Positions 1-11,168 of a DNA stretch of 64,000 nt are shown here, in pieces. Below the pieces are notes generated by a model. The model was given only the letters and a program-made list of their open reading frames with translations. It was not told the origin of the DNA and ran no database searches. Positions within the stretch are counted from its first letter, which is position 1, and every line of letters begins with the position of its first letter. This DNA is from Stegostoma tigrinum (Eukaryota). The stretch lies in contig NC_081369.1 in the NCBI RefSeq assembly GCF_030684315.1, positions 23,643,754-23,707,753 of the forward strand, written 5' to 3'. The position numbers were made by a program, and so were the translations under genes.

Positions 1-160
1 TCACATTTAAGCGACTGCTGGACATGCACATGGACAGCAGTGAATTGAGGGGAATGTAGGTTAGGTTATTTTATTTTTGGATTAGGATTATTCCACGGCA
101 CAACATAGTGGGCCGAAGGGCCTGTACTGTGCTGTACTTTTCTATGTTCTATGTTCTATG
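1..160 (+). mobile_element. CR1 LINE 3' end (continues beyond the window start)
   Basis: End of ORF2 (FKRLLDMHM), 3' UTR GGGCCGAAGGGCCTGTACTGTGCTGT and (TTCTATG)n tail. Confidence 0.88.
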
Positions 161-199
161 TACCAAGGTTTGCAACATTGTCCAGAAAAATGAATTGGG

Positions 200-2440
200 A
201 ATTATAATGTGCCTGATTAAAGACTCAGGATATCCCAGTGTGCTTTATAATTACTTCTGAGTAGTCAAAACTGTTAGCTACATATATAGAACATAGAACA
301 TAGAACATAGAACAGTACAGCACAGAACAGGCCCTTCAGCCCACAATGTTGTGCCGACCATTGATCCTCATGTATGCACCCTCAAATTTCTGTGACCATA
401 TGCATGTCCAGCAGTCTCTTAAATGACCCCAATGACCTTGCTTCCATGCTCTCACAACTCTCTGCGTAAAGAACCTGCCTCTGACATCCCCTCTATACTT
501 TCCACCAACCAGCTTAAAACTATGACCCCTCGTGCTAGCCATTTCTGCCCTGGGAAATAGTCTCTGGCTATCAACTCTATCCATGCCTCTCATTATCTTG
601 TATACCTCAATTAGGTCACCTCTCCTCCTCCTTTTCTCCAATGAAAAGAGACCGAGCTCAGTCAACCTCTCTTCATAAGATAAGCCCTCCAGTCCAGGCA
701 GCATCCTGGTAAACCTCCTCTGAACCCTCTCCAAAGCATCCACATCTTTCCTATAATAGGGTGCCCAGAACTGGACGCAGTATTCCAAGTGCGGTCTAAC
801 CAAAGTTTTATAGAGCTGCAACAAGATTTCACGACTCTTAAACTCAATCCCCCTGTTAATGAAAGCCAAAACACCATATGCTTTCTTAACAACCCTGTCC
901 ACTTGGGTGGCCATTTTAAGGGATCTATGTATCTGCACACCAAGATCCCTCTGTTCCTCCATGCTGCCAAGAATCCTATCCTTAATCCTGTACTCAGCTT
1001 TCAAATTCGACCTTCCAAAATGCATCACCTCGCATTTATCCAGGTTGAACTCCATCTGCCACCTCTCAGCCCATCTCTGCATCCTGTCAATGTCCCGCTG
1101 CAGCCTACAACAGCCCTCTACACTGTCAACGACACCTCCGACCTTTGTGTCGTCTGCAAACTTGCTGACCCATCCTTCAATTCCCTCGTCCAAGTCATTA
1201 ATAAAAATTACAAACAGTAGAGGCCCAAGGACAGAGCCCTGTGGAACCCCACTCACCACTGACTTCCAGGCAGAATATTTTCCTTCTACTACCACTCGCT
1301 GTCTTCTGTTGGCCAGCCAATTCTGTATCCAAGCAGCTAAGTTCCCCTGTATCCCATTCCTCCTGACCTTCTGAATGAGCCTTCCATGGGGAACCTTATC
1401 AAATGCCTTACTGAAGTCCATATACACCACATCCACAGCTCGACCCTCATCAACCTTTCTAGTCACATCCTCAAAAAACTCGATAAGGTTTGTAAGGCAT
1501 GACCTACCCCTCACAAAGCCGTGTTGACTGTATTTGATCAAGCCATGCTCTTCCAGATGGTCATAAATCTTATCCCCCAGAATCCTTTCTAACACCTTGC
1601 AGACGACAGACGTGAGACTTACCGGTCTATAATTGCCAGGGATTTCCCTATTTCCTTTCTTGAAGAGAGGAATTACATTTGCCTCTCTCCAGTCCTCAGG
1701 TACGACTCCAGTGGAGAGCGAGGATGCAAAGATCTTCGCAAGTGGCGAAGCAATTGCATTTCTCGCTTCCCAAAGCAGCCGAGGACAAATCTGATCCGGG
1801 CCTGGCGACTTGTCAATCTTAATGTTTGACAAAATTTTCAGCACATCAGCTTCCTCTATCTCTATCCATTCCAGCATGCACACCTGCTCTTCAAAGGTTT
1901 CATTCACTACAAAGTTGGTTTCTTTCGTAAAGACAGAAGCAAAAAACTCATTTAGGGCTTCCCCTACCTCCTCAGGCTCCACACACAAGTTCCCTATGCT
2001 ATCCCTGATCGGCCCTACTCTTTCTTTGACCATTCTCTTATTCCTCACGTAAGTGTAAAATGCCTTTGTGTTTTCCCGGATTCCTTCTGCCAAGCCTTTC
2101 TCGTGCCCCCTCCTGGGGGCAGCAACAAATATATACAGCAACAAATTTGAACACAGCTCTGTCCTATAAACTGCAAACAGATGAGTAGGCAAATAATCTA
2201 TTTTAGTGATGTTCATAGAGGAGGGCACCGAGAGAACTTCATTTTATATAACTAAAGCTATGGATCTTTTTTTAGAAGAAACATGGCTAGACGAACATGG
2301 CTTCCGTTTAATCAATTATTTTTTCAAAATATGGCACCTCCAATAATACAATTTCACTCAGAAGTGCAATAATGTATTTACATACAGCACTACTGCTGTA
2401 GCTCAATCCATGATCTTCTGGCTCACAGGCAGATGTATTG
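200..2440 (-). mobile_element. Old Deu-domain tRNA-SINE (SacSINE1-like), split by a CR1 insertion into about 200-284 and 2117-2440
   Basis: Degenerate match to the DeuSINE layout on both sides of the CR1 (CTCAGGATATCCC...GTAGTC left; AGCAACAAATTTGAACACAGC...GAGAACTTC...GGATCTTT...TCTTCTGGCTCACAGGC right); same family as 50455-50870. Confidence 0.5.
285..2116 (-). mobile_element. Young 5'-truncated CR1 LINE with an uninterrupted RT domain
   Basis: ORF 336..2228 has KSPGPD, NYRPVSLTS, QHGF, YMDFSKAFDKVPH, GVPQGSVLGP, KFADD and ALERVQRRFTRM; (TTCTATG)n tail at 285-313. Confidence 0.95.
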
Positions 2441-5400
2441 CCGATTTTAAGGACCCTACAATAAACATGAGAAAATAAAGTAGTAAATTTGGTTATAAAA
2501 TGGTTGCATAAAAAGACTGGTTATGTGATTATTTGGACACAGCTACACTATAATGATTGCTCAGGGGTCCCAGAATAAAGAGAGGTTACCTTCCGCAGAT
2601 TGCAGGGAGACAATATCAGTTATCACTCAGGCCATTTCATTCTGATGATTTGCACAGATCTTTTTACGGCTTGCACAGAACTCTGGAATACTCATCTTTG
2701 TAGTTCTTCAACACTATTGTGCCGAAATCCTGGAAAAATGGCACACAGAGTATAATTCAGATCAGAAAAAAATCCGGCCAACATCCGCAGTCTAACATTA
2801 TGCCTGCGCAATAGTTGCCAGATCCTTTGAAAGAAATGTTATCTGAACCATCAATTTTTATGTAATAAACTTATCCATGTGAACAATAGAAACAAGCCTC
2901 ATCTGCCAGCTACAAAGGGTTAAAGTGTATTGTTTCCTGTTCATATCTGTGAATCTATTTTATCTTGATCATATTGCCTTCAAAATCTTTTAAAATCATA
3001 TTAAAGCAGTTTATCTGCTAACAGCTGTGTTGCCAAATCAGTCCAAAATTCATTGAGATCCCTGATTGGTTGTGATTTCAAATTTATGAAATTGACCTAA
3101 AATTAACAATTACATCAGAGGAAAAAGGATAATGTGTCTCTGTTTAGACATAACTGCTAGAGCTGATTTAAAACAGAACCAGTTCAATCTGTTGTACATT
3201 TGGAAAATAAGTAGCCCCTTAGTGTAGATACAAAGAGGCATGCTGCTCTACGAGAATGCCAAGATGATCCAGTACTCAAAGGGTTAAGCTGTTTCTCTGC
3301 TGACATTGCCATCCTCAAGAACTGATTTTGCACATGTCTTTATCTGTCATCGCACCACGTACATGGAAAGAAACCCAGAAGTCAGAAAAGCAGAGAAACC
3401 CATGCCTTCTGTCCATTGTTGTTGAAATACTAGTACTGACCTAACTGCTGTACATCTGCAAAAGATTCAATTATACTTCTGTGGGAAGGAGGTAAATGAT
3501 ACAGTTGAAGTAAGTTGGTCTGTTTTCTTCACATTGCATTGTTGTCTGAACCATGATTTTTATCCAGTTCCCAGAAATTTCTGCTGATTTTCTGTCCACT
3601 GCTCACACTTACTGGCAAATCAGGATTTCTTTGTGGCTGATTCTTGTAAAAAGGGAGCTTTCACTGAAGGTTGCATGAACTACGAATCCAAAGAAAATCA
3701 TTACAACAGTGCAGTTCATTCTTGTTAAGTAAACAAGATGATGACATGAACTTATATTTACTTCCTGTAAATATTCATTTATCTGGGATTCACATTAAGT
3801 TATAAATCAAAACACTGCACTGAACCAATCAATCATTCTGTATATTTCCTTGTCACCAGAGACCTTATAAAATCAAATAGAGATGATGATCTTCCACTAC
3901 TGTATATAGCACAGGAACCAATTCAGCTTAATGGGGGAAGCATGCATTTTTTGGGTTTAAGATGGCAATAACAGATGAAACACTTGCTTTGCCTTACAGA
4001 GGCCGATCTTGTTCTTTTTTCCTGCTTTTCACCTCCCTCGAGCTACTTGTGATGAGGAAGGAGCTAATGTAACATGCCACACTACCGTTCCCCTATCCCC
4101 TCCTGTCCCCTCCATGGCCCACGACACATTTCAAATGAATAGATTTAAGAAACAGTGAGCTTTGTCAGATTGCTAGGCAAATTAACTTATTGCTTTAATT
4201 GTTGACCAAAGCAACTAATATCGCCACCTTCAAATATGTGTAACTTTCCTGGTTCATCCATGTTTCTCCAAAGTTTAATACAGTTCTTTTGTTTCCTTTT
4301 CATTTCAATATTCTGTTGCCTCTAAACCTAAAGGGAACTTTAATTTAAAGCTCTTACTTTTCATATCTAACCTACTTCATTTTTGCCTGAATGGACATGC
4401 GAATTTCAGGTCAATCTAATAATGATAATGAATGTGCGAGTGTACATCCATTAAGTTTTTAACCATGTCAATCATTATTTTTGTTTGCCTTCCTCCTGAT
4501 TTATCTCACTAGCAAAACAATTAGTGGGCCAGTAAACAATTTTCCCTCCAATTTCTGTTTGTTTGCTGCACTGCGAGGTTTATTAAAATTTCAATGAGAC
4601 CACACATGAGTGTGTCTTAAAGGGGCAACTTCTGTACTTGGCCTGCCACTTCCCTACATGGTAGGTTTTTGACTGTAGTGCACCTATGCAGCTTAGAGGG
4701 CATGTTGACTGTAATTCTACCACACATATTCACCCTTATTAACTATTGTTTAAATATCAAGCAGAAGCAACTATTTATGTTTAAATGTAGATATTTAAAT
4801 AAAGCTTATCTAATTTTAATTTATTTATTTCTGTGTATGAATCTCAAAGAAGCGGGGTCTGAGCTATCATCATTTAATTTGTTAGCCAATGCACTTCATA
4901 CCAAGGATAATTCACTGCATTTTAAGCATGACGCAATTTGACATTTCTATATTAATAGTAATTTATTGCCATAGAAAGTAGCTACATTTCCTATACTATC
5001 TCTTAGTGCTTTGGTGATGATTGTAATAGATATGCTAAATCATCAGCTTGTGTTAAAGAGTTTTTCCTGTGTACTTTTCAAAACATTGCAAAAGATTTAG
5101 CCTCTTTCAGAATATCTTAATATTCCACACTCACCAAAGAACACTGTAATAAACTGTCCCAAAGCACTTCATGGGAGTTTTAGAATGAAAGGTGCTCGAG
5201 AAAAGAGGCCTACATCCTCTAGTCTCACCTCATTACTATATCTCTGGTATAATTTTATTAAATCTCTATTATACTTTCACCAGGACCTCCTTCCTAAAGC
5301 AGAATGTCAAATTTTAGACATAATAAACAAAATAATTTCAGTGGAAAGATAGACTTAGCATTACACTCACAAGCTGATCTATTCTAGATAGTTTTACCCT

Positions 5401-6007
5401 CTCACTGAAGGTTAAAATTCTAAGTAATATTCTAATTGCAATAGGGCATTGATCTTTATGGTTTTAACATTGATTCTTAATTTTTAACTCCACACTCCTA
5501 TTTACAAAAATTCATGTTGTAAATGCTTTTTGTTTTATAACTTCATCAAGATGCCCTCCAACATGTAAAGATTGGTCCAGCTACAAAGTTAACTTTTTAA
5601 GGATTTTGAAAAGATCTATAGCTCAGGTTGTAGCTAAAGTTATTGACTTGCTCACTGAGCTGGCTTGTTTTCGATCAGTCGTTTCGTCACCATGCTAGGT
5701 GACATCATCAGTGTGGCCTCCGATGAAGCAACGTTGTTCTACTCCACTTGGAGTTTATACTGTGCAGTCTGTTATGGTGAGTTGTGTCATTTTCGGTTCT
5801 GTTCTGTATGGGTTTGTATATTGGGAACAATTCTATATGTTTGTTGGTTGCATTGTGGGTTGAGAACCATACCTCCATGAATTCCCATCCATGTCTATGT
5901 TTGGCTTGGGTTACTACGGTTACATTGTCCAAACATAGACACGCATGGGAATTCCTAGAGGCATTGCTCTCAACCCGTAATGCTATCAACAAACAAAAAG
6001 AATTGGA

Positions 6008-6102
6008 GATAAAAATGTGTGAAGCTGGATGAACACAGCAGGCCAAGCAGCATCAGAGGAGCAGGAAAGCTGACGTTTTGGGCCTAGACCCTTCTTCAGA
6101 AA
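6008..6102 (-). mobile_element. About 95-bp Neptune-type PLE terminal-repeat fragment nested in the Poseidon-type palindrome
   Basis: CTGGATGAACACAGCAGGCC...TGACGTTTTGGGCCTAGACCCTTCTTCAG; 13-bp TSD AAAAAGAATTGGA at 5995-6007 and 6103-6115. Confidence 0.82.
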
Positions 6103-6226
6103 AAAAAGAATTGGACCTCATATACAAACCCATACAGAACAGCACCAGAAATGTCACAACTCACCATAACAGACTGCACAGTATAACCTCCAAGTAGAGT
6201 AGAATAACATCGCCTGATTGGAAGCA

Positions 6227-6266
6227 TCACTGATGATGTCACCTAGCATGGTGACAAAACGTCTGA
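6227..6266 (+). ncRNA. Minimal type I hammerhead ribozyme motif (G12 to A variant); mirror copy on the minus strand at 5675-5714
   Basis: UCA-CUGAUGA-U-GUCACC-UAGCAU-GGUGAC-(A)AAA-CG-UC-UGA: 6-bp stem II, 3-bp stem I UCA/UGA, ACGU palindrome in place of stem III. The mirror copy keeps GAAA but has GAC at the cleavage triplet. Confidence 0.72.
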
Positions 6267-6334
6267 ACAAAAACAAGCCAGTTTGCAAGCAAATCAACAA
6301 CCTTACAAAGTTGACTTTTTCTTTTGCAAATCCA

Positions 6335-6520
6335 GTACTAAGGCCTCCCAGGGGTAAAGTGAGCTGATCATAATGGCTGATCCATACAGACCAGATAAGT
6401 GTTAGGTTTGTTCTTTGGTCTGTGCTGAGTTGGCTGACCTCAGTTGTGATGATAGTAGATGTGGAATGATGGCATTTCATACCCTTGAATTAAGAAGGAA
6501 TGAAACAGCCAGGATTACCA
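6335..6520 (+). mobile_element. Ancient tRNA-derived SINE relic (AmnSINE2-like)
   Basis: GGTCTGTGCTGAGTTGGCTGACCTCAG resembles my recollection of the AmnSINE2 head; highly diverged. Confidence 0.3.
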
Positions 6521-7334
6521 TCATAAAACTTGACCAACATAAAGCAAACCATGTTGCAAGAGCAAGTGTATGCGTATAAAACAATGATAGGATCAGTTTG
6601 CCAGCATTCATTATTGAGACTCTGGAATCAGTTCTGTGTCATTTGGGCATGGTGGTCAGGCTAAGAGATGACCACTCGGACTGCATTCCAGCATGTCATC
6701 AATACCTTCAGTGAAGTTGAGTAGAGAATAATTACTGAATGGAAAAAGGAGAGGTCAAATGGACATGTTTAAAAAAATTCTGTTTAAAAAATATGTATTT
6801 AGTAGCACTGACATTTTTTTACAAAGTGTAATCTCTTCTTTAAACGTTGAACAAAATGAAATAAATGCTGTGGAATATTTCTCTATAGTTAGAATTTCTA
6901 ATTATTGCATGTAGTCTGTATTCAAGAAAAGAATGAATGTCTTTAAAAACATCTGGTTTTAATATATTAAAAAATTATGAATTTCAGCAAAATCTGTAAA
7001 CTTCCATGGCCTTTTTTCACTATTTTGTTTTAGCATGGTTACTAACTCTTGGAAAGTCTACAAAAAATGATAAAGAGTACATGGATTTCCTCTGAGCAAA
7101 TCACCTGTGGTGAACTGCACAATTTCCTGTGTGAAGCATCTTTCTATTTAATAGGCTGTACTCAAATATTGATTCATTTGTAACTAAAATAAGCAAAGAT
7201 TTTACTTAAAAAAGATAAACAAATGAATTCCAAAGTGTGGTACAGGCCTTTGGATGTTGAACAATCAAAGAGTGAGACTGTATCATTCACGGACAGCAGT
7301 AACAGAGTTTCACTGTTGGTATAGATATATATGA

Positions 7335-10075
7335 TCAAATACTTACAGCACGGAAGGAGGCCATTTGGCCCATCATGTCTCTGCTAGTTCTCCGAAGGGT
7401 GAATTCAGCTGTGCCCCTTCACTATTTTTAATTTGCAGATAATAATTCAATTTCCTTTTGAAGATCTCTGATTCACTCTGATTCAACTGCATCCTCAAGC
7501 AGTGCATTACAGATTTTAACCATTCACTGTCTCAAAATGTTATTTGTTATGTCACCATTGCTTCTTTTGTCAATTACATTGAATATGTGTCTTCTGATTC
7601 TCAAACCTCTATCAATGTGAATCCAAAGAGAATAGTCCTAATTTCTTCTTTCCATACACCTAACTAAATGCCTTCATCCCTGGAACATATCTTACGAATG
7701 CTTTCTACCCTATCAATATCCTGGGAGTTACAATTGACCAGAACTAAACTGAAAGAACCATATAAACACAAAAGTAGGACAGAAGCTAGGAATTCTGTGG
7801 CAGGTAGCTTGCCTTCTATCACCTTAGTGTCTTCCCACCATCTAAAAGGCATAAGTCAGGAGTGAAGTGCATTTGTTCTCATTTGTCTGGATTAATCTAG
7901 TTTCAGTAATACTCAAGAAGCTTGACACTTTCCAGGACAAAGCATCAAAATTGATTGGCACCCCATGCACTACCTTCAACAATCACATCCTTCGCCACTA
8001 AAACATAATGACATCAGTATGTACCATCTACAAGATGCAACGCAGTAACTCATCATGATTTCTCTGACTGCATCTTCCAAAACTGTGACATCTACTAGCT
8101 AGAAGAGCAAGGGAGACAAATATGTGGGAATGCCACCACCTGCAAGTTCCTCACCAAGCCACATACCATCTTGACATGCACTAATATTGCCATTCCTCCA
8201 TTGATGACTGGATCAAAATACAGGAATTCCCTTCCAACAACACAGTGAGGATCCTTCACCCCAAGGACTTCAGCAGTTCAATGAGACAACTCACCAACAC
8301 TTTCTGCAGGGCAATTTGAGATGATCCAATCTGCAATGCCCATGCAAATGAAAGGGTATAATTAATAACAACCCTCTACACATGCATCACGTTGACCCCT
8401 AAGTGTCAAACTCAGAACTGGGTGTAATACTCTAGTTAAGGTCAACTAGCCTTTTACACAGGTTTAACTTAACCTCCTTGCTTTTACACTCTATGCTCTT
8501 ATGGATGAATCCCATGTTACACAACACTTAATGAATCACAGGGTTCCAACAATTTTCAATAATTTATGCACGTATATACCAAGGTCCCTTTGCTCCACCA
8601 CCCACTTTAGAGTTGGACAGTCATCTCTCTCAAATCTTCCTAACAAAATGAACCACATCACACTTACTTTCCTTTAAATTTTGTCTCACACTTTTCCACT
8701 CAGCCCACCAAACTGTCCATGTACATTTGAAGCTCTACACTATACTCCTTTTGGTTCAGAATAATTCCAATATGATACTGTTGACAATAATATAAATGAT
8801 ATCAATGACATAAATTTTGAAATTGGACTCCATGCAACAAGGTCTAGATGATTAATATATATGAAATGTATCTCTGCTTCCTGTCACTCAGCCAATTTTG
8901 TATGCATATTTCAATTGTTCTTTGCATTCCACAGGCTCCAGATTTGTTCAAAGGTCTGTTATGTGGCATTTCATTAAATGCCTTTTGGAAATCCATGTCC
9001 ATAACATACATCAAACATTACCCTCATCATCTGTCTCTACTATCACATCAAAAAACTGAAACAAATTATTTAAACAAGATTTTCTCTTAATAAATCTATG
9101 TTGGCTTTTCTTAGCTAAAGCTCAAGTGACTATTAACTTTGTCTTAAATTATTATTTCTAAAACTCCCCCACTAATAGAGTTAAACTGTTTGGGTTATCG
9201 TTACAGGGCTTACCTTTACACTTATTTTGAACAAGGATCTAACGTTTGAAATTTGCCACTCATTCAGCACCAGCCCTGAATCTGAAGAAGACTGGCAAAT
9301 TATGGCCAAGTCTCCAAAACTTTCACTCTCACTTCACTCAGCATTCTTGGATCCACCTTATCTGGTCCTGATGCTTTATTGACTTTATCCACAAGCCTAA
9401 TCAAAGCATCTTCATTCTCAATTTTAAAACTTTCAGGTGTTTGAGCTACGTCCTCATTCACCATAACCTGGACCATATCCTTTTACTTGAGAAAGGTAAA
9501 TGCAAAACATTCATTTAAAACCTCAACATTGTCTTCTGTCTGTGCATATTTCTCCTCTTTGGGACCATATAAACCTCCACTCCACTTCTGATTGCGCTTT
9601 TACCTGCACTATGCACCTGTAGAAGACTTTGGATTCCTTTTTATGTTAACTGCAAGATTTTTCTTTTCTCATGTTCTATCTTTGCTTCACTTAGTTTTTT
9701 TTCCCAAATCCCCCCATAATCTTCCATATCCACCTCATTCTCAATAATTATCCACCTAACATTTGCCATAAGCACACTTTTCCGCTTTCCATCCCTTTAG
9801 TCACCTAGGGAAACTCTGGATTTGCTTGCCCTACCATTCCACTTCTGTACTTCCTTTCTATCTGTGCGTTAAAGGCAGACCATTGATCAGTTATGGTTTT
9901 GTCTGCTAATCCCTGATCCCAGTTTATCTGGGCCAGATTCATTCTTACCACGTTGGCCTTGTTAATTATTTTCATTCTGGTTTTCCCTTTGTCCCTTTTC
10001 ATAGCTATTCTAAACTTATGATATGTTGATCTCTGCCACCTTCCCCCACCAACTCTTTGCCCCACATTCTTCTCA
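7335..10075 (-). mobile_element. Heavily decayed CR1 LINE, interrupted by a younger LINE at about 7790-8345
   Basis: 3' UTR-like ACAGCACGGAAGGAGGCCATTTGGCCCATC at 7346; AAATGCCTTTTGGAAATCCATG (DFQKAF on minus) near 8976; ORF 9805-10083 resembles the CR1 tether (ANVVRMNLAQINWDQ...QWSAF). Confidence 0.6.
7790..8345 (+). mobile_element. 3' fragment of a Crack/CR1-group LINE
   Basis: AAGCTTGACACTTTCCAGGACAAAGCA...TTGATTGGCACCCC (KLDT.QDKA..LIGT); same family as 15575-16160, 20140-20670 and 63915-64000. Confidence 0.65.
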
Positions 10076-10579
10076 TGAATCAATTCTAGCAGTTAGGTTT
10101 AGCAGATATTATATACTAATTCAGTGGAAAATCAGGTAGGTGTTTAACAAGTAAATAGTACAGTAATGGAGATTTTCTCTGTTACCCTTACATTTCAGTG
10201 TTGTGGCTATTGTTTATTTTATGAAGTAAATCATAATGATTCTGCGCAGGTCAATTAAGAAGAATAATTTTCACAGTAAAGAATGCTTTATTAAGTACTA
10301 TTCCTGATCAAGTTTAGCCTGGAATATTATTGATATCTAAGAAAATAGGATACCAGTGACTGATATTATGGCATGACCTTGGTAATTTGAATGGTTTGTC
10401 GCTTACTAGAAACACATATAATCCAGCTTCTCAAAATTTTTATGAACAAATTTCTTTAAGGACCCAGATATACTTTACTCAGTCTAGTTTACTTTGATTT
10501 GGGAAACATGTAATTATTAAAAATTTAAGGGTTCAGTGTTATAAGTAAAATGAATTCCTGTATAAGTATCAGAGTGTCT

Positions 10580-11168
10580 CCATTCAAATTACTAACCTGT
10601 AGGACCTCTAACAGGAGAGCTGGCTTGAAACACATTTATCGATTAATATTTACTCATCATTCTAGAGGTGGGCTGCTGATCTCAGTATGATTGAGAGAAG
10701 GAATGAAAGCTTCTTTACAGAGTATCCTTTCCTCATCATTCAAACACTGATTGTCTTTCCTGCTGGGCTATCAGAAGAGATCCCATAGGAGAAGCCTTTG
10801 GAGATATTTGAAGTACACACCGCATGTCATTGTTTTATTTTGTTAGAGATTGATGACATGGATTCTACCTGAGAGATTACCTTTAAAATCATTTTAAGAA
10901 CAGTGAACTAAAAAATGCTAGTTATTTTCTGGCTTGGAGCACTCCACAAAATTTTAAAGATAATCTCGCAGATAAGATCCATGTCATCATTCTCTAACAA
11001 AGTATTTGAATGATGAGGAAAAGGTACTCCTTAAAGAAGCTTTAGTTCTTACCCTCATTCATACTGAAATCAGGAACCCATTTCTAGAATGATAAGTAAA
11101 TATTAATTGATAATTTTGTTTCAATCCAGCTCTTCTGTTAGAGGTCCTACAGGTAGTAATTTGAATAG
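10580..11168. mobile_element. Foldback/MITE-like palindromic element
   Basis: 10583-10748 is the reverse complement of about 11000-11165, and 10841-10889 of 10951-10999; roughly 90-bp extra segment in the left arm only. Confidence 0.75.

Larger units (their letters stand above)
5599..6303. mobile_element. Palindromic Penelope-like element (Poseidon/Penelope-type GIY-YIG C-terminus) with a hammerhead motif in each arm
   Basis: Arms about 5640-5904 and 5929-6303 are reverse complements; a QAKHRH(A/G)WEF(L/M)E...N.INK peptide reads on both strands; 17-bp TSD TACAAAGTT(A/G)ACTTTTT at 5582-5598 and 6304-6320. Confidence 0.82.

Noticed and set aside
336-2228. 630-aa ORF as a host or domesticated gene
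   Set aside because: It is a truncated CR1 RT. The N-terminal 38 residues come from flanking SINE DNA, the start is non-ATG, and the C-terminus is frameshifted.
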